A stretch of DNA of 64,000 bases, taken from contig WGBD01000004.1 of the NCBI GenBank assembly GCA_015494465.1, positions 4,627-68,626 on the forward strand. Reading direction: 5' to 3'. How positions within the stretch are numbered: the first letter of the stretch is position 1; each line of letters starts with the position of its first letter. The position numbers and the translations under genes were made by a program. Under the pieces are notes generated by a model. It saw only the letters and a list, made by a program, of their open reading frames with translations. It ran no database searches and was not told the DNA's origin. This DNA is from Candidatus Omnitrophota bacterium. Its GTDB lineage: Bacteria > Omnitrophota > Gorgyraeia > S143-82. Shown here in pieces: positions 26,388 to 38,273 of the stretch.

Positions 26388-28253
26388 ATGGCCGATTGCC
26401 TTGTAGAGATATACACCGAGGAATTGCCCGCTTCCTATGTAGGTGGAATCGTTGCCTTTGGCAGGAAGTTCTTCCGCAGGACCTTTAAGGGCAAGGTGGA
26501 TGTCTACGGCACCTGCAGGCGGATAGTGGTCTTGGGCAGGGACCTTTCCGGCTTTACCCCACCTGAGCTGGAGAGTGCACTTCTCGATTTCTTGAAACAG
26601 GTCCCTCTGCCCAAGCGTATGCGCTGGGACGACTCCGGCCTGGAGTTTGCCCGGCCTGTAAGGGCTCTGCTCGTATTGAGAGGAGAAGAGGTCCTGGCCC
26701 TTAGATTGGGGAATGTCTCGTCCGCCAACATCACCTTTTACCTCGATCCCAAGACCTTGCTCAGGAAGGAGAAGGAGGTCCATTCCGTATCCGAGTATCT
26801 GGAGTTCCTCGCCTCCTTGGGCATCGTATTGGATCAGGAGAGGCGCAAGCAGGTGATAGTGGAGCGACTAAAGGCCCTATGTGAAGAGCGGTCTGCCATA
26901 GCCAATCTCGACGAGGCCCTCTTGGAGGAGGTGACTTATCTGGTTGAGGCACCCTATCTATTCGTCGGTCAGTTTGAGGAAAGGTTCTTGGAACTACCTC
27001 CCGAGGTGCTCATCAGCAGTATGGCCCGAAATCAGAAACTATTTACTATGTCCTACCCCGACGGTAGGATGGCCCCGTACTTCGTCGGGGTCTTGGAGGG
27101 GCAGGGCAGGCCTGACTTCGACTTCTCCAAGGTGGTTAAAAGGGTCCAGTCGGTCCTGTCCGCGAAGCTGGCGGATGCCCTGTTCTTCTGGGAAGAGGAC
27201 AAGAAGGTCCCTCTCCGCCAGCGGGCTAAGGATCTGGACAGGGTGATACTCCACGAAAAGATAGGTTCGCTTAGGAACAAGTTGGAGAAGATGAAGGCCT
27301 TGGCAGATCCCCTTGCGCGGATGGTGGGGTTGTCCGGTCCTGAGAAGGAAAAACTGCTCACCGCGATAGAACTGTCCAAGGCGGATCTGGAGACCCTTAT
27401 GGTCTACGAGTTCCCGGAACTGGAAGGGATAATGGGGTATCACTACGCCCGGGCGCAGGGGATAGACGAGGACATCGCCTTGGCCATCCGGGACCACCGC
27501 AGGCCGGTCAACTTTGAGGACGACCTGCCTGATTCGAGGCTGGCAAGATTGCTCGGAGTGTTGGAAAGGGTATCGGACATTACCGCCTACTTCAAGGCGG
27601 GACTGAAGCCCAGCGGGAGTGAAGACCCGTTTGCGGTCAGGCGTATGGTGCTTACCCTCATCAAGTTGGTGTTGAACATGCCCGAGGCGGTTGACCTTGA
27701 CAGTCTGTTTCGCGAGAGTATAAAATTATGGGAATGCAACGATCGCGTTCTCGTCGAGATAGAGGATTACTTCAAGGATAGGGTGATCGCGTACCTCCGG
27801 GATAGGGGGATCCGGAGCGACATAGCCTCTGCAGTGTGGCGACGCTGGCGGTTGAATCTCAAAAAGGCGATGGAGACGGGTAAATCCCTCAGTAAGATTG
27901 CCAAGACCAAGGAGTTTCAGGATACGGTGAAGGTTCTGGAACGGACCTATAAGATAGTCAAGAAGGTGGATCGTTCGTCTCTGCCTCAGGTGGATCCGTC
28001 CCTCTTTCAGACCTCTCAGGAAGAGGCCCTGTGGAAGACCTTTCAGTCGGTCAAGTCCGAGTTTGATTCCAATCTCGCTTCCGGGGATGTTGCCGGTGCG
28101 GTAAGGGCCTATTCCTCTCTGGCAGGTCCTATACACGACTTCTTCAGCGAGGTTATGGTCAATGTGGAGGACGAGAAGATACGCGCCAATCGGATGGCGA
28201 TGATGTGGGAGATAAACAAGGCGTTTAGTGAGAAACTGGCAGAGTTCTTTTAA
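26388..28253 (+). CDS. glyS: Glycine--tRNA ligase beta subunit (shortened)
   Basis: EIYTEELP, KRMRW, FARPV, KADL...EFPELEG, GSEDPFAVRR, NR. Confidence 0.93.
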   Translation: MADCLVEIYTEELPASYVGGIVAFGRKFFRRTFKGKVDVYGTCRRIVVLGRDLSGFTPPELESALLDFLKQVPLPKRMRWDDSGLEFARPVRALLVLRGEEVLALRLGNVSSANITFYLDPKTLLRKEKEVHSVSEYLEFLASLGIVLDQERRKQVIVERLKALCEERSAIANLDEALLEEVTYLVEAPYLFVGQFEERFLELPPEVLISSMARNQKLFTMSYPDGRMAPYFVGVLEGQGRPDFDFSKVVKRVQSVLSAKLADALFFWEEDKKVPLRQRAKDLDRVILHEKIGSLRNKLEKMKALADPLARMVGLSGPEKEKLLTAIELSKADLETLMVYEFPELEGIMGYHYARAQGIDEDIALAIRDHRRPVNFEDDLPDSRLARLLGVLERVSDITAYFKAGLKPSGSEDPFAVRRMVLTLIKLVLNMPEAVDLDSLFRESIKLWECNDRVLVEIEDYFKDRVIAYLRDRGIRSDIASAVWRRWRLNLKKAMETGKSLSKIAKTKEFQDTVKVLERTYKIVKKVDRSSLPQVDPSLFQTSQEEALWKTFQSVKSEFDSNLASGDVAGAVRAYSSLAGPIHDFFSEVMVNVEDEKIRANRMAMMWEINKAFSEKLAEFF

Positions 28254-28271
28254 CCCAAAGGAGGAATGACT

Positions 28272-31001
<2,730 letters not shown>

Positions 31002-31030
31002 GGGCGCTTGAGAGAGGTGTAGACGATCCG

Positions 31031-31066
31031 AAAGGGGGAGCTTAATCGCTCCCCCTTTCTTGTTTC
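31031..31066 (+). terminator. Intrinsic terminator after ppdK
   Basis: AAAGGGGGAGC-TTAATC-GCTCCCCCTTT followed by CTTGTTT. Confidence 0.85.
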
Positions 31067-31075
31067 GCAACGGGC

Positions 31076-31104
31076 TTGGCTTTGCCGGGGTTAGAGGGTA
31101 AAAT
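31076..31104 (+). promoter_or_regulatory. Putative promoter for the hisB cluster
   Basis: TTGGCT-N17-TAAAAT. Confidence 0.5.
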
Positions 31105-31159
31105 TTAGTATTCTCTGGCGAGAAGAAGGCTGGTTTGTCATTTGTGAAGGGAGGCCCGT

Positions 31160-31747
31160 ATGCGCAAGGCAGAACTGGTGCGTAACACGAAGGAGACCAG
31201 GATCTCTTGTAGGGTGGATCTCGACGGTAAGGGAGACTGCCAACTTGAGATATCGGTCCCGTTCCTTGCCCACATGCTGGAGCTGTTTGCCCGCTTTGCG
31301 GGGATAGACCTGCAGGTGCAGGCGGAAGGGGATCTGGAGATAGACATCCACCACCTCAACGAGGACCTCGGTATAGTATTGGGACAGGCCCTCTCTCAGG
31401 CATTAGGGGGTAAAGAGGGTATTCGCAGGGTAGGTTTTGCCTATGTTCCTATGGACGAGGCCCTCAGCAGGGTGGTGTTGGACCTGTCGGGACGGCCGTA
31501 TCTGGTCTTCAATGTATTTGCCTTTCAGGTAGAGAACCAGCCCAAGGACTATTCTATAGAGTACGCCCGGCAGTTCTTCGTGAGCCTGTCCTCTCACCTG
31601 AGGGCGAACCTCCACATAGACCTCCTGCGGGCAAAGGACTTCCACCACGCTATGGAATCGGTCTTCAAGGCCTTGGGGCTTGCCCTTGCCATGGCAAAAG
31701 AGGAAATAAGCGATCGTCTGCCTTCCACCAAGGGCAGATTGGACTGA
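31160..31747 (+). CDS. hisB: Imidazoleglycerol-phosphate dehydratase
   Basis: RNTKET, FLAHML, DIHHLNED, PMDEAL, HHAMESVFKA, PSTKG. Confidence 0.96.
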   Translation: MRKAELVRNTKETRISCRVDLDGKGDCQLEISVPFLAHMLELFARFAGIDLQVQAEGDLEIDIHHLNEDLGIVLGQALSQALGGKEGIRRVGFAYVPMDEALSRVVLDLSGRPYLVFNVFAFQVENQPKDYSIEYARQFFVSLSSHLRANLHIDLLRAKDFHHAMESVFKALGLALAMAKEEISDRLPSTKGRLD

Positions 31748-31767
31748 GGGATAGAAGGGGATTTGCC

Positions 31768-32391
31768 TTGGGCGTTCGGGTAGCGGTAATAGATTACGGT
31801 AGCGGGAACATCCGCAGTGTCTCCAAGGCCCTGGAGAGCCTTGGTGCCCGGGTGGAGGTGGTATCCTCACCCTTTGATACGGAGGACTTTGATAAGTTCG
31901 TCCTGCCCGGAGTGGGGGCATTCGGCGATACGGTGCAGGGATTGAAGGAGAGGGGCCTGTGGGATGTAGTGGCCTCTATCCTGAAGAGGGGCCTGCCCTA
32001 TCTGGGGATATGTCTGGGCATGCAGATACTGTGCAGGAGTTCCGAGGAGTCGGAAGGGGTGGAAGGCTTTGGGATATTCCCGGCAACCGCGCGCAGATTC
32101 AGATCGTCTCCGGACTGCAAGGTCCCCCAGATGGGCTGGAATCAGGTCTTCTTTGAAGATGGGAAAGACCCTCTATTTTCCGGGATCCCCAACGGCTCCT
32201 ACTTTTACTTCTGCCATTCCTACTACGTGCCGATAGATGAGCTGGACGAAGGCCTGCTCGCCTGGACGGAGTACGGCCTTAGATACGCCTCCGCAGTGGT
32301 CAAGGGCAGGACGTATGGGGTGCAGTTTCATCCCGAGAAGAGTCAGAGGTTGGGATTGGAGTTGTTGAGGAACTTTCTTTACAAGGTTTAG
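31768..32391 (+). CDS. hisH: Imidazole glycerol phosphate synthase glutaminase subunit
   Basis: IDYGSGN, LPGVGAF, GICLGMQ, HSYY, QFHPEKS. Confidence 0.96.
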   Translation: MGVRVAVIDYGSGNIRSVSKALESLGARVEVVSSPFDTEDFDKFVLPGVGAFGDTVQGLKERGLWDVVASILKRGLPYLGICLGMQILCRSSEESEGVEGFGIFPATARRFRSSPDCKVPQMGWNQVFFEDGKDPLFSGIPNGSYFYFCHSYYVPIDELDEGLLAWTEYGLRYASAVVKGRTYGVQFHPEKSQRLGLELLRNFLYKV

Positions 32392-32407
32392 ACGGAAAGG
32401 AGTGTAT

Positions 32408-33349
32408 ATGGCTACCTATCTGGTGACCGGGGGAGCGGGGTTTATAGGCTCCCACATAGCGGTGAGGTTGGTGAAAGATGGGCACAGGGTAAAGGTTTTG
32501 GATAATCTGGTTGCGGGCAGGAAGGAGAACCTCTCCGAGGTCTGGGATGATGTGGAATTCATAGAAGGCGACATTCGGGATCTGGATCTCCTGATGAAGG
32601 TGATGAAGGGCGTTGATTATGTCCTTCATCAGGCTGCCCTGCGTTCCGTGCCCAAGTCGGTGGAGAATCCTCTGGAGTACGACGAGGTAAACGTCCACGG
32701 GACCCTGAATGTGTTCGTTTCCGCCCGGGATAACGGGGTGAAGCGGGTGGTCTACGCCTCTTCCAGTTCGGTCTACGGGGATCAGCCCGTCCTTCCCGAG
32801 AGGGAGGACATGCTTCCTCTTCTGGTCTCACCCTACGCTGCCAGTAAACTGGCCAACGAGTACTATGCCCGCTGTTTCTACCACAACTACGGGCTGGAGA
32901 CGGTTGGCCTGCGGTACTTCAATGTATTTGGTCCGCGTCAGAGTCTGGACAACCAATATGCGGTGGTCATACCCAAGTTCATCACCTGCATACTCAACGA
33001 CGAGCCACCGCCCATCCACGGCGACGGCACCCAGACTCGGGACTTCACCTACATAGACAACGTTGTGGACGGCAACCTCCTTGCCTGTGAGAAGGAGGGA
33101 ATTGCCGGCGAGGTCTTCAACCTCGCCTGTGGACAGAGTTGCTCGGTATTGGATCTGGTGCGGTACATAAACGAGATCGTCGGCAAGGACATAAAACCGG
33201 TCTTTACTTCACCCCGACCCGGGGATGTGAAACACACCCTTGCGGATACCACCAAGTTGGAGACCCGCATGGGCTTCAGGTGCAGGGTGGACCTGATGGA
33301 TGGACTGCGCAGGACGGTGGAGTGGTTTAGGGAGCATGGGGCAGGTTAA
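32408..33349 (+). CDS. NAD-dependent UDP-sugar epimerase (WbpP/TviC-like)
   Basis: TGGAGFIGSH, HQAALRSVP, SSSSVYG, YAASK, LRYFNVFGPRQ. Confidence 0.92.
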   Translation: MATYLVTGGAGFIGSHIAVRLVKDGHRVKVLDNLVAGRKENLSEVWDDVEFIEGDIRDLDLLMKVMKGVDYVLHQAALRSVPKSVENPLEYDEVNVHGTLNVFVSARDNGVKRVVYASSSSVYGDQPVLPEREDMLPLLVSPYAASKLANEYYARCFYHNYGLETVGLRYFNVFGPRQSLDNQYAVVIPKFITCILNDEPPPIHGDGTQTRDFTYIDNVVDGNLLACEKEGIAGEVFNLACGQSCSVLDLVRYINEIVGKDIKPVFTSPRPGDVKHTLADTTKLETRMGFRCRVDLMDGLRRTVEWFREHGAG

Positions 33350-34319
33350 GGCGGTTGGCCTGTTCTCCGGTGGGCTGGATAGCATCCTTGCCTTTAAGGT
33401 CCTGCAGGATCAGGGCATAGAGACGATAGGGCTGCACTTTACTACCCCCTTTTACCACAAGCCGGGGATAAAGGAATACGCCCGTTCGTTGGGGATAGAA
33501 CTGATAATCCGGCCGATACTGGAGGAGTACATAGACAAGGTCCTCAAGGCCCCGGTGTGCGGGTACGGTAAGAACTTCAACCCCTGTATAGACTGCCACG
33601 CCTTCATGGTAAAACTGGCTGGGGAGGTTATGAGGGAAGTGGGGGCAAGGTTCGTGTTCACCGGGGAGGTGCTGGGAGAAAGACCCTTTTCCCAGACCAG
33701 ATATGGGCTTAAGAAGGTGGAGGAACTCTCGGGTATGCAGGGCCTTATCCTCAGGCCCTTGAGCGCAAAACTGCTCCCTCCAACTATCCCTGAGGAGAAG
33801 GGATGGGTGGACAGGGAAAGGCTCCTCGACATAAAGGGCCGTTCCCGAAAGCGGCAGTTTGAACTGGCAGAGCGTTACGGTATTGATGTAGACCCCTCCA
33901 TCCAGCCTGCAGGTGGGTGCCTCTTGACCGATCCGTTTATGTCCAAGCGCATAAGGACCTACGTGAGGCGATTTAGTGATCAGTCGCGGGTTATATATCC
34001 CCTTATAAAGACCGGTCGGCATTTTCTCTTGGCAGAGGATACCGCGTTCGTAGTGGGCAGGAACAGGTTTGAGAACGAGGTGATAGAGAGGTATGCCCAG
34101 AGGGGTGTAGTGGTGCGACCGGAGGGAGTGATGGGGCCGGTAGGAATTATATTTGGCAAACTAAAAGACGACCCTGCGGTCCACAACCTCTCCGCAAGGA
34201 TACTCGCCTCATATTCTAAGGCGAAGATGGGAGAAGAGGTCATGGTAAAGTTCTCCGACGGGGATGAGGTGGTGGTGAGGGCGGAGGCGAAGGAGAGGTT
34301 CAAGAGGTATGCGATATAA
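33336..34319 (+). CDS. PP-loop tRNA thiolation enzyme (ThiI/MnmA-like)
   Basis: SGGLDS PP-loop, NPCIDCH, TGEVLGERPFSQ, AGGCLLTD. Confidence 0.8.
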   Translation: MGQVKAVGLFSGGLDSILAFKVLQDQGIETIGLHFTTPFYHKPGIKEYARSLGIELIIRPILEEYIDKVLKAPVCGYGKNFNPCIDCHAFMVKLAGEVMREVGARFVFTGEVLGERPFSQTRYGLKKVEELSGMQGLILRPLSAKLLPPTIPEEKGWVDRERLLDIKGRSRKRQFELAERYGIDVDPSIQPAGGCLLTDPFMSKRIRTYVRRFSDQSRVIYPLIKTGRHFLLAEDTAFVVGRNRFENEVIERYAQRGVVVRPEGVMGPVGIIFGKLKDDPAVHNLSARILASYSKAKMGEEVMVKFSDGDEVVVRAEAKERFKRYAI

Positions 34320-34974
34320 AAGGCTGAGGAGACTCGCTCCAATAGAACGGCCTCGGGAGAAGATGCGCAGGTATGGACCTTCCCGTCTCAGCCTTGAGGA
34401 GCTTTTGGCGATTCTACTGGATACCGGGACCAGAGGCAAGGATGTGGTCTGGTTGAGTGAGAGGATAGGTGAGATTGTAAGGGAAAAGAGATGGGATGTA
34501 TCTCTGGACGATCTTATGTCGATAGAGGGAGTAGGGCTTGCCAAGGCAAGCAGGGTCCTGTCCGCGATAGAACTTGGCAGGAGGTTTAAAGAGGAATCTC
34601 TCCTTTCCCTGAACTCACCTCAGGTGGTGTTCAATCTCTTTGGGCATCTCTCCAAGTCGAAGAGGGAGACATTCGTCGCACTCTATCTGGACAGCCAGAA
34701 CAAGGAACTCGGCAGAGAGACGATATCCCTCGGATCGGTGAACGAGGCCTTGGTTCATCCCCGAGAGGTCTTCGAACCCGCGGTCCGCCTTTCGGCGGTC
34801 TCGGTGATCGTGGTGCACAATCATCCCTCAGGCGATCCCACCCCATCAGAGGAGGACATAAACCTTACCCGGAGACTGGCGAAGGCAGGAGAGGTCCTGG
34901 GCATAGAACTATTGGATCACCTGATAGTAGGAAGAGGGGGATACATCTCTTTTAGAGAGGAGGGTCTGCTGTGA
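34309..34974 (+). CDS. radC: RadC/JAB domain protein
   Basis: ERPREK, HhH GVGLAKA, VHPREVF, HNHPSG, LLDHLI. Confidence 0.93.
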   Translation: MRYKRLRRLAPIERPREKMRRYGPSRLSLEELLAILLDTGTRGKDVVWLSERIGEIVREKRWDVSLDDLMSIEGVGLAKASRVLSAIELGRRFKEESLLSLNSPQVVFNLFGHLSKSKRETFVALYLDSQNKELGRETISLGSVNEALVHPREVFEPAVRLSAVSVIVVHNHPSGDPTPSEEDINLTRRLAKAGEVLGIELLDHLIVGRGGYISFREEGLL

Positions 34975-36125
34975 AAAACGCCTTGGTCTTGCAGTCTGGC
35001 GGTATGACCGCAGTGATAAATGCCTCCTTGGTCGGTGTGGTACGGGCAGGCAAGGGTGCGTTTGAGAAGATATACGGGGCAAGGTACGGTGTCCACGGGC
35101 TGGTGAAAGGGGATGTTATAGACCTGTCTGCCCTGAGCGATAGCGAACTGGATAGGATAGAAAAGACCCCATCGGGTTTCCTCGGCTCTTCTCGAGTCCG
35201 CCTGAACGAGGACCTGACCGAGCAGGCCTTCGCCAAGACGATCCTGCCCAAGGAGATAGATGCGGTGTTTATGATAGGCGGGAACGACACCGCCTACAAC
35301 GGGAAGTTCCTCAGTGAGTACAGTAGTAGGACGGGCAGGTCCCTTCAGGTTATAGGCATCCCCAAGACCATAGACAACGACCTACCCTACATGTACTTCT
35401 GCCCGGGATATCCCAGCATCGCAAGGTACATCGCGATATCCACACAGGAGGCGGGGCTGGATACCTTGGCGATGCGCCATTCGGATCCGGTGAAGATAAT
35501 AGAGGTAATGGGCAGGAACGCAGGCTGGATAGTCTTGGCGAGTGCATTGTTGAAGAAGAAGGACAGGCAACCTCCTCACCTGTTAGGCCTGCCGGAGATA
35601 CCTCTGGACATAGATGAATTCGTGGAGAAGGTGGAAAGGACATATAAGGAGTACGGGTTTGTTGTGGCGGTGATATCCGAGACGGTGAGGGACAAAAACG
35701 GGGTGCGCATAGGCGAGAAGAGGGAGGGTATAACCAGCGACGGATTTGGACACCAGTATGTGGAGAGCGCATCCCAGCGTCTGTGTTCCATCATAGAGAG
35801 AAGGCTTGGTTTGAGGGCCCGCTGGGATCGTCCCGGGACCTTCCAGAGGATGAGCGCCTGCCATGTCTCGGAGGTGGACCGACGCACCGCAAGGGGGGCG
35901 GGTGAGTTCGGGGTAAAGCTGGCGAAAGAGGGTATGAGTGGCGTAGAGGTGACGATAGAGAAAGAGGGATTCGGTTGGGTGGAGATAGACGAGATTGCCG
36001 AGACGGAACGACTCCTTCCTGAGGAGTTCCGGGAGAAGGAGACGGGCCTGCCCACCAAGGGATTTTACGACTATGCCTTACCCCTGTTAGGGGATGGGCT
36101 CCCCGACTATTCTTGGATGTATTGA
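34971..36125 (+). CDS. 6-phosphofructokinase, probably PPi-dependent
   Basis: QSGG, GGNDT and PKTIDND (Asp/Lys PPi-type signature), EVMGR. Confidence 0.88.
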   Translation: MKNALVLQSGGMTAVINASLVGVVRAGKGAFEKIYGARYGVHGLVKGDVIDLSALSDSELDRIEKTPSGFLGSSRVRLNEDLTEQAFAKTILPKEIDAVFMIGGNDTAYNGKFLSEYSSRTGRSLQVIGIPKTIDNDLPYMYFCPGYPSIARYIAISTQEAGLDTLAMRHSDPVKIIEVMGRNAGWIVLASALLKKKDRQPPHLLGLPEIPLDIDEFVEKVERTYKEYGFVVAVISETVRDKNGVRIGEKREGITSDGFGHQYVESASQRLCSIIERRLGLRARWDRPGTFQRMSACHVSEVDRRTARGAGEFGVKLAKEGMSGVEVTIEKEGFGWVEIDEIAETERLLPEEFREKETGLPTKGFYDYALPLLGDGLPDYSWMY

Positions 36126-36197
36126 TACTGCCTTATCCGTTACGAAACCGGTTGGACTTCAATTTGTTGTGTGGGTAGTGTAAAATATCTTTTTAAT

Positions 36198-36291
<94 letters not shown>

Positions 36292-36306
36292 TGTAAAGGG
36301 GGTGCG

Positions 36307-37170
36307 GTGCACACGCTAACCAAACTGGTTCTGGTTTTCTTCCTTTTATGGGGCCTCTCTCAGGTCCTGGTGTGGATAGTCAACCGCACGGTCAAGGACC
36401 TTCGCAATCGTCACCTCTTGAGGAAGGCTATCGCCTACACCGCGCTGGCCTTCTTCCTGGTGACTGCGGGCAAGACGATCCTCCCCAGGCTCAATGTCTC
36501 CCTGGTCTTGGGTATCACTAGCGCGGGTATTGCCCTTGCCCTCCAGGAGGCGGTCTTGTCCATAGCGGGATGGCTTTTTATCCTCATAAAGAAGCCCTAC
36601 GCACTTGGGGATAGGATAGAGATCAACGGAGTGAAGGGCGACGTGATAGATATAAGGACCTTCCAGACGACCCTGCTCGAGGTGGGCAACTGGGTGGGAG
36701 CGGAGCAGAGCACGGGCAGGATCGTCCACATCCCCAACAGCTTCGTGTTTAAGTACCCTTGTTATAACTACACCCGGGGCTTTGAGTTTATATGGAACGA
36801 GGTCTCGGTAGTGGTCACCTTTGATTCGGATTGGGAGCGGGCAAAGGAAATCTTGCTGGAGCTGGGTAATCGCTGGGCCCAGGACAGGGAATCGATAGTG
36901 GCGGAGAAGGTCAGGCGGATGGCGGACAACTACATGATACACTTTAACAAGTTCACCCCTATCGTCTATATTTCCGTAGTAGACAGTGGGGTGAAGCTGA
37001 CCTTGAGGTACATGATAGAGGCCAAACAGCGCAGGTCCACCACCAGTCACATATTCGAGGACTTCCTGCGGGCCATAGAGAAAGAACCCAGGGTAAATCT
37101 GGCCTACACGACTTACACCGTGCATCTGCAGAATCCTGAACAGAAAAAAGACGAAGTTGACCAAGGATGA
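36307..37170 (+). CDS. Small-conductance mechanosensitive channel family protein
   Basis: Three TMs, GIALALQ, PYALGDRIEI, GDVIDI, IPNS. Confidence 0.92.
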   Translation: MHTLTKLVLVFFLLWGLSQVLVWIVNRTVKDLRNRHLLRKAIAYTALAFFLVTAGKTILPRLNVSLVLGITSAGIALALQEAVLSIAGWLFILIKKPYALGDRIEINGVKGDVIDIRTFQTTLLEVGNWVGAEQSTGRIVHIPNSFVFKYPCYNYTRGFEFIWNEVSVVVTFDSDWERAKEILLELGNRWAQDRESIVAEKVRRMADNYMIHFNKFTPIVYISVVDSGVKLTLRYMIEAKQRRSTTSHIFEDFLRAIEKEPRVNLAYTTYTVHLQNPEQKKDEVDQG

Positions 37171-38273
37171 AGCGTATACTCATCCTCTACATATCCAACA
37201 TCTCCGGGCACAAGAGCGCAGCCTCTGCGATAGAGAAGGCCATACGCATGCTTGCCCCTTCCGCAGAGGTCAAGGGGATGAACTTCTTCCGCTACGTGGC
37301 CCCTGTCACCGAGAAGGTGGTCAACACGATGTACATGGGGGTGATAAAGAGGATGCCGATCATATGGCAGGTCCTCTACGACAACCCTAGGGTGGTGCGT
37401 TCCACCTCTCGGGTGAGGCGCTTTGTGTATCTGCAGGTTAGGAAGCGGGTGGACAAGTTGATAAGGTCGTTTTCGCCGGATGTGGTAATCGCCACTCAGG
37501 CCTTCCCCTGCGAGATCGTCTCTCGCTACAAGCTGGAGATGGGTGCTAGTTATAAGGTCTTTGCGGTGTTGACGGACTTTGCCCCCCATTCCTTCTGGAT
37601 CTCCCCAGCGGTGGACCAGTACATCGTCGCTTCCCCCCAGGTAAAGGATAGGTTGATGAACAAGGGGGTGGAAGAGGAGAAGATAAAGGTCTTCGGGATC
37701 CCCATAGATCCGGCCTTCTACTTTTCCAAGGACCCCGATGAGATAAGAAGGCGCTTGGGTTTTGGGCCGGAAGACCTGATCCTGGTGATGGGAGGTGGGC
37801 AGGGACTGGGCCCTATAAAGGAGATAGTCTCTGCCTTGGACGAGCTGGATCTGGAATTCGGGATCGTCGTGGTGTGCGGGAACAACCGCAGGCTCTACAA
37901 GTCTATAGATAGACTAAGGCGGAAGGCAAGACACAAGCTCTACCTCTTCGGGTATGTGGAGAACATGGACGAACTCATGACGGTCTCCAAGCTCATAGTC
38001 ACCAAGGCAGGGGGCCTAACGATATCCGAGGCCATGGCCAAAGGCCTGCCTATGGTCATAATGAATTCGCTCCCTGGGCAGGAGTACAATAACCTGCGTT
38101 TTTTGCTCAAGAATAGGTGTTGCGTTCGGGCGGAGAGCGGGGACGATGTGGTTCGGGCGGTGCGTAGGCTCCTTACCGATCCTGAGTACTGGCAGCGTCT
38201 CCACACCAGGGCCCTCGTGACCGGCAGGCCCAATGCCTCTCTAGAGACCGCCCACCTAGCACTGGAGATGTGA
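37167..38273 (+). CDS. MGDG synthase-like diacylglycerol glycosyltransferase (GT28)
   Basis: GHKSAA, VLTDF..H..W, GIPI, MGGGQG, TKAGGLTISEA, PGQE. Confidence 0.88.
   Translation: MKRILILYISNISGHKSAASAIEKAIRMLAPSAEVKGMNFFRYVAPVTEKVVNTMYMGVIKRMPIIWQVLYDNPRVVRSTSRVRRFVYLQVRKRVDKLIRSFSPDVVIATQAFPCEIVSRYKLEMGASYKVFAVLTDFAPHSFWISPAVDQYIVASPQVKDRLMNKGVEEEKIKVFGIPIDPAFYFSKDPDEIRRRLGFGPEDLILVMGGGQGLGPIKEIVSALDELDLEFGIVVVCGNNRRLYKSIDRLRRKARHKLYLFGYVENMDELMTVSKLIVTKAGGLTISEAMAKGLPMVIMNSLPGQEYNNLRFLLKNRCCVRAESGDDVVRAVRRLLTDPEYWQRLHTRALVTGRPNASLETAHLALEM

Noticed and set aside
31105-31159. His attenuator leader peptide
   Set aside because: There is no His-codon-rich uORF or terminator between the promoter and hisB.
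31141-31160. TTGTGAA as a Rex operator before hisB
   Set aside because: Only a half-site is present, with no TTCACAA partner.
34309-34974. radC as a marker of a mobile element
   Set aside because: It is the full-length chromosomal type with an HhH region and overlaps housekeeping neighbours; no mobility genes are nearby.
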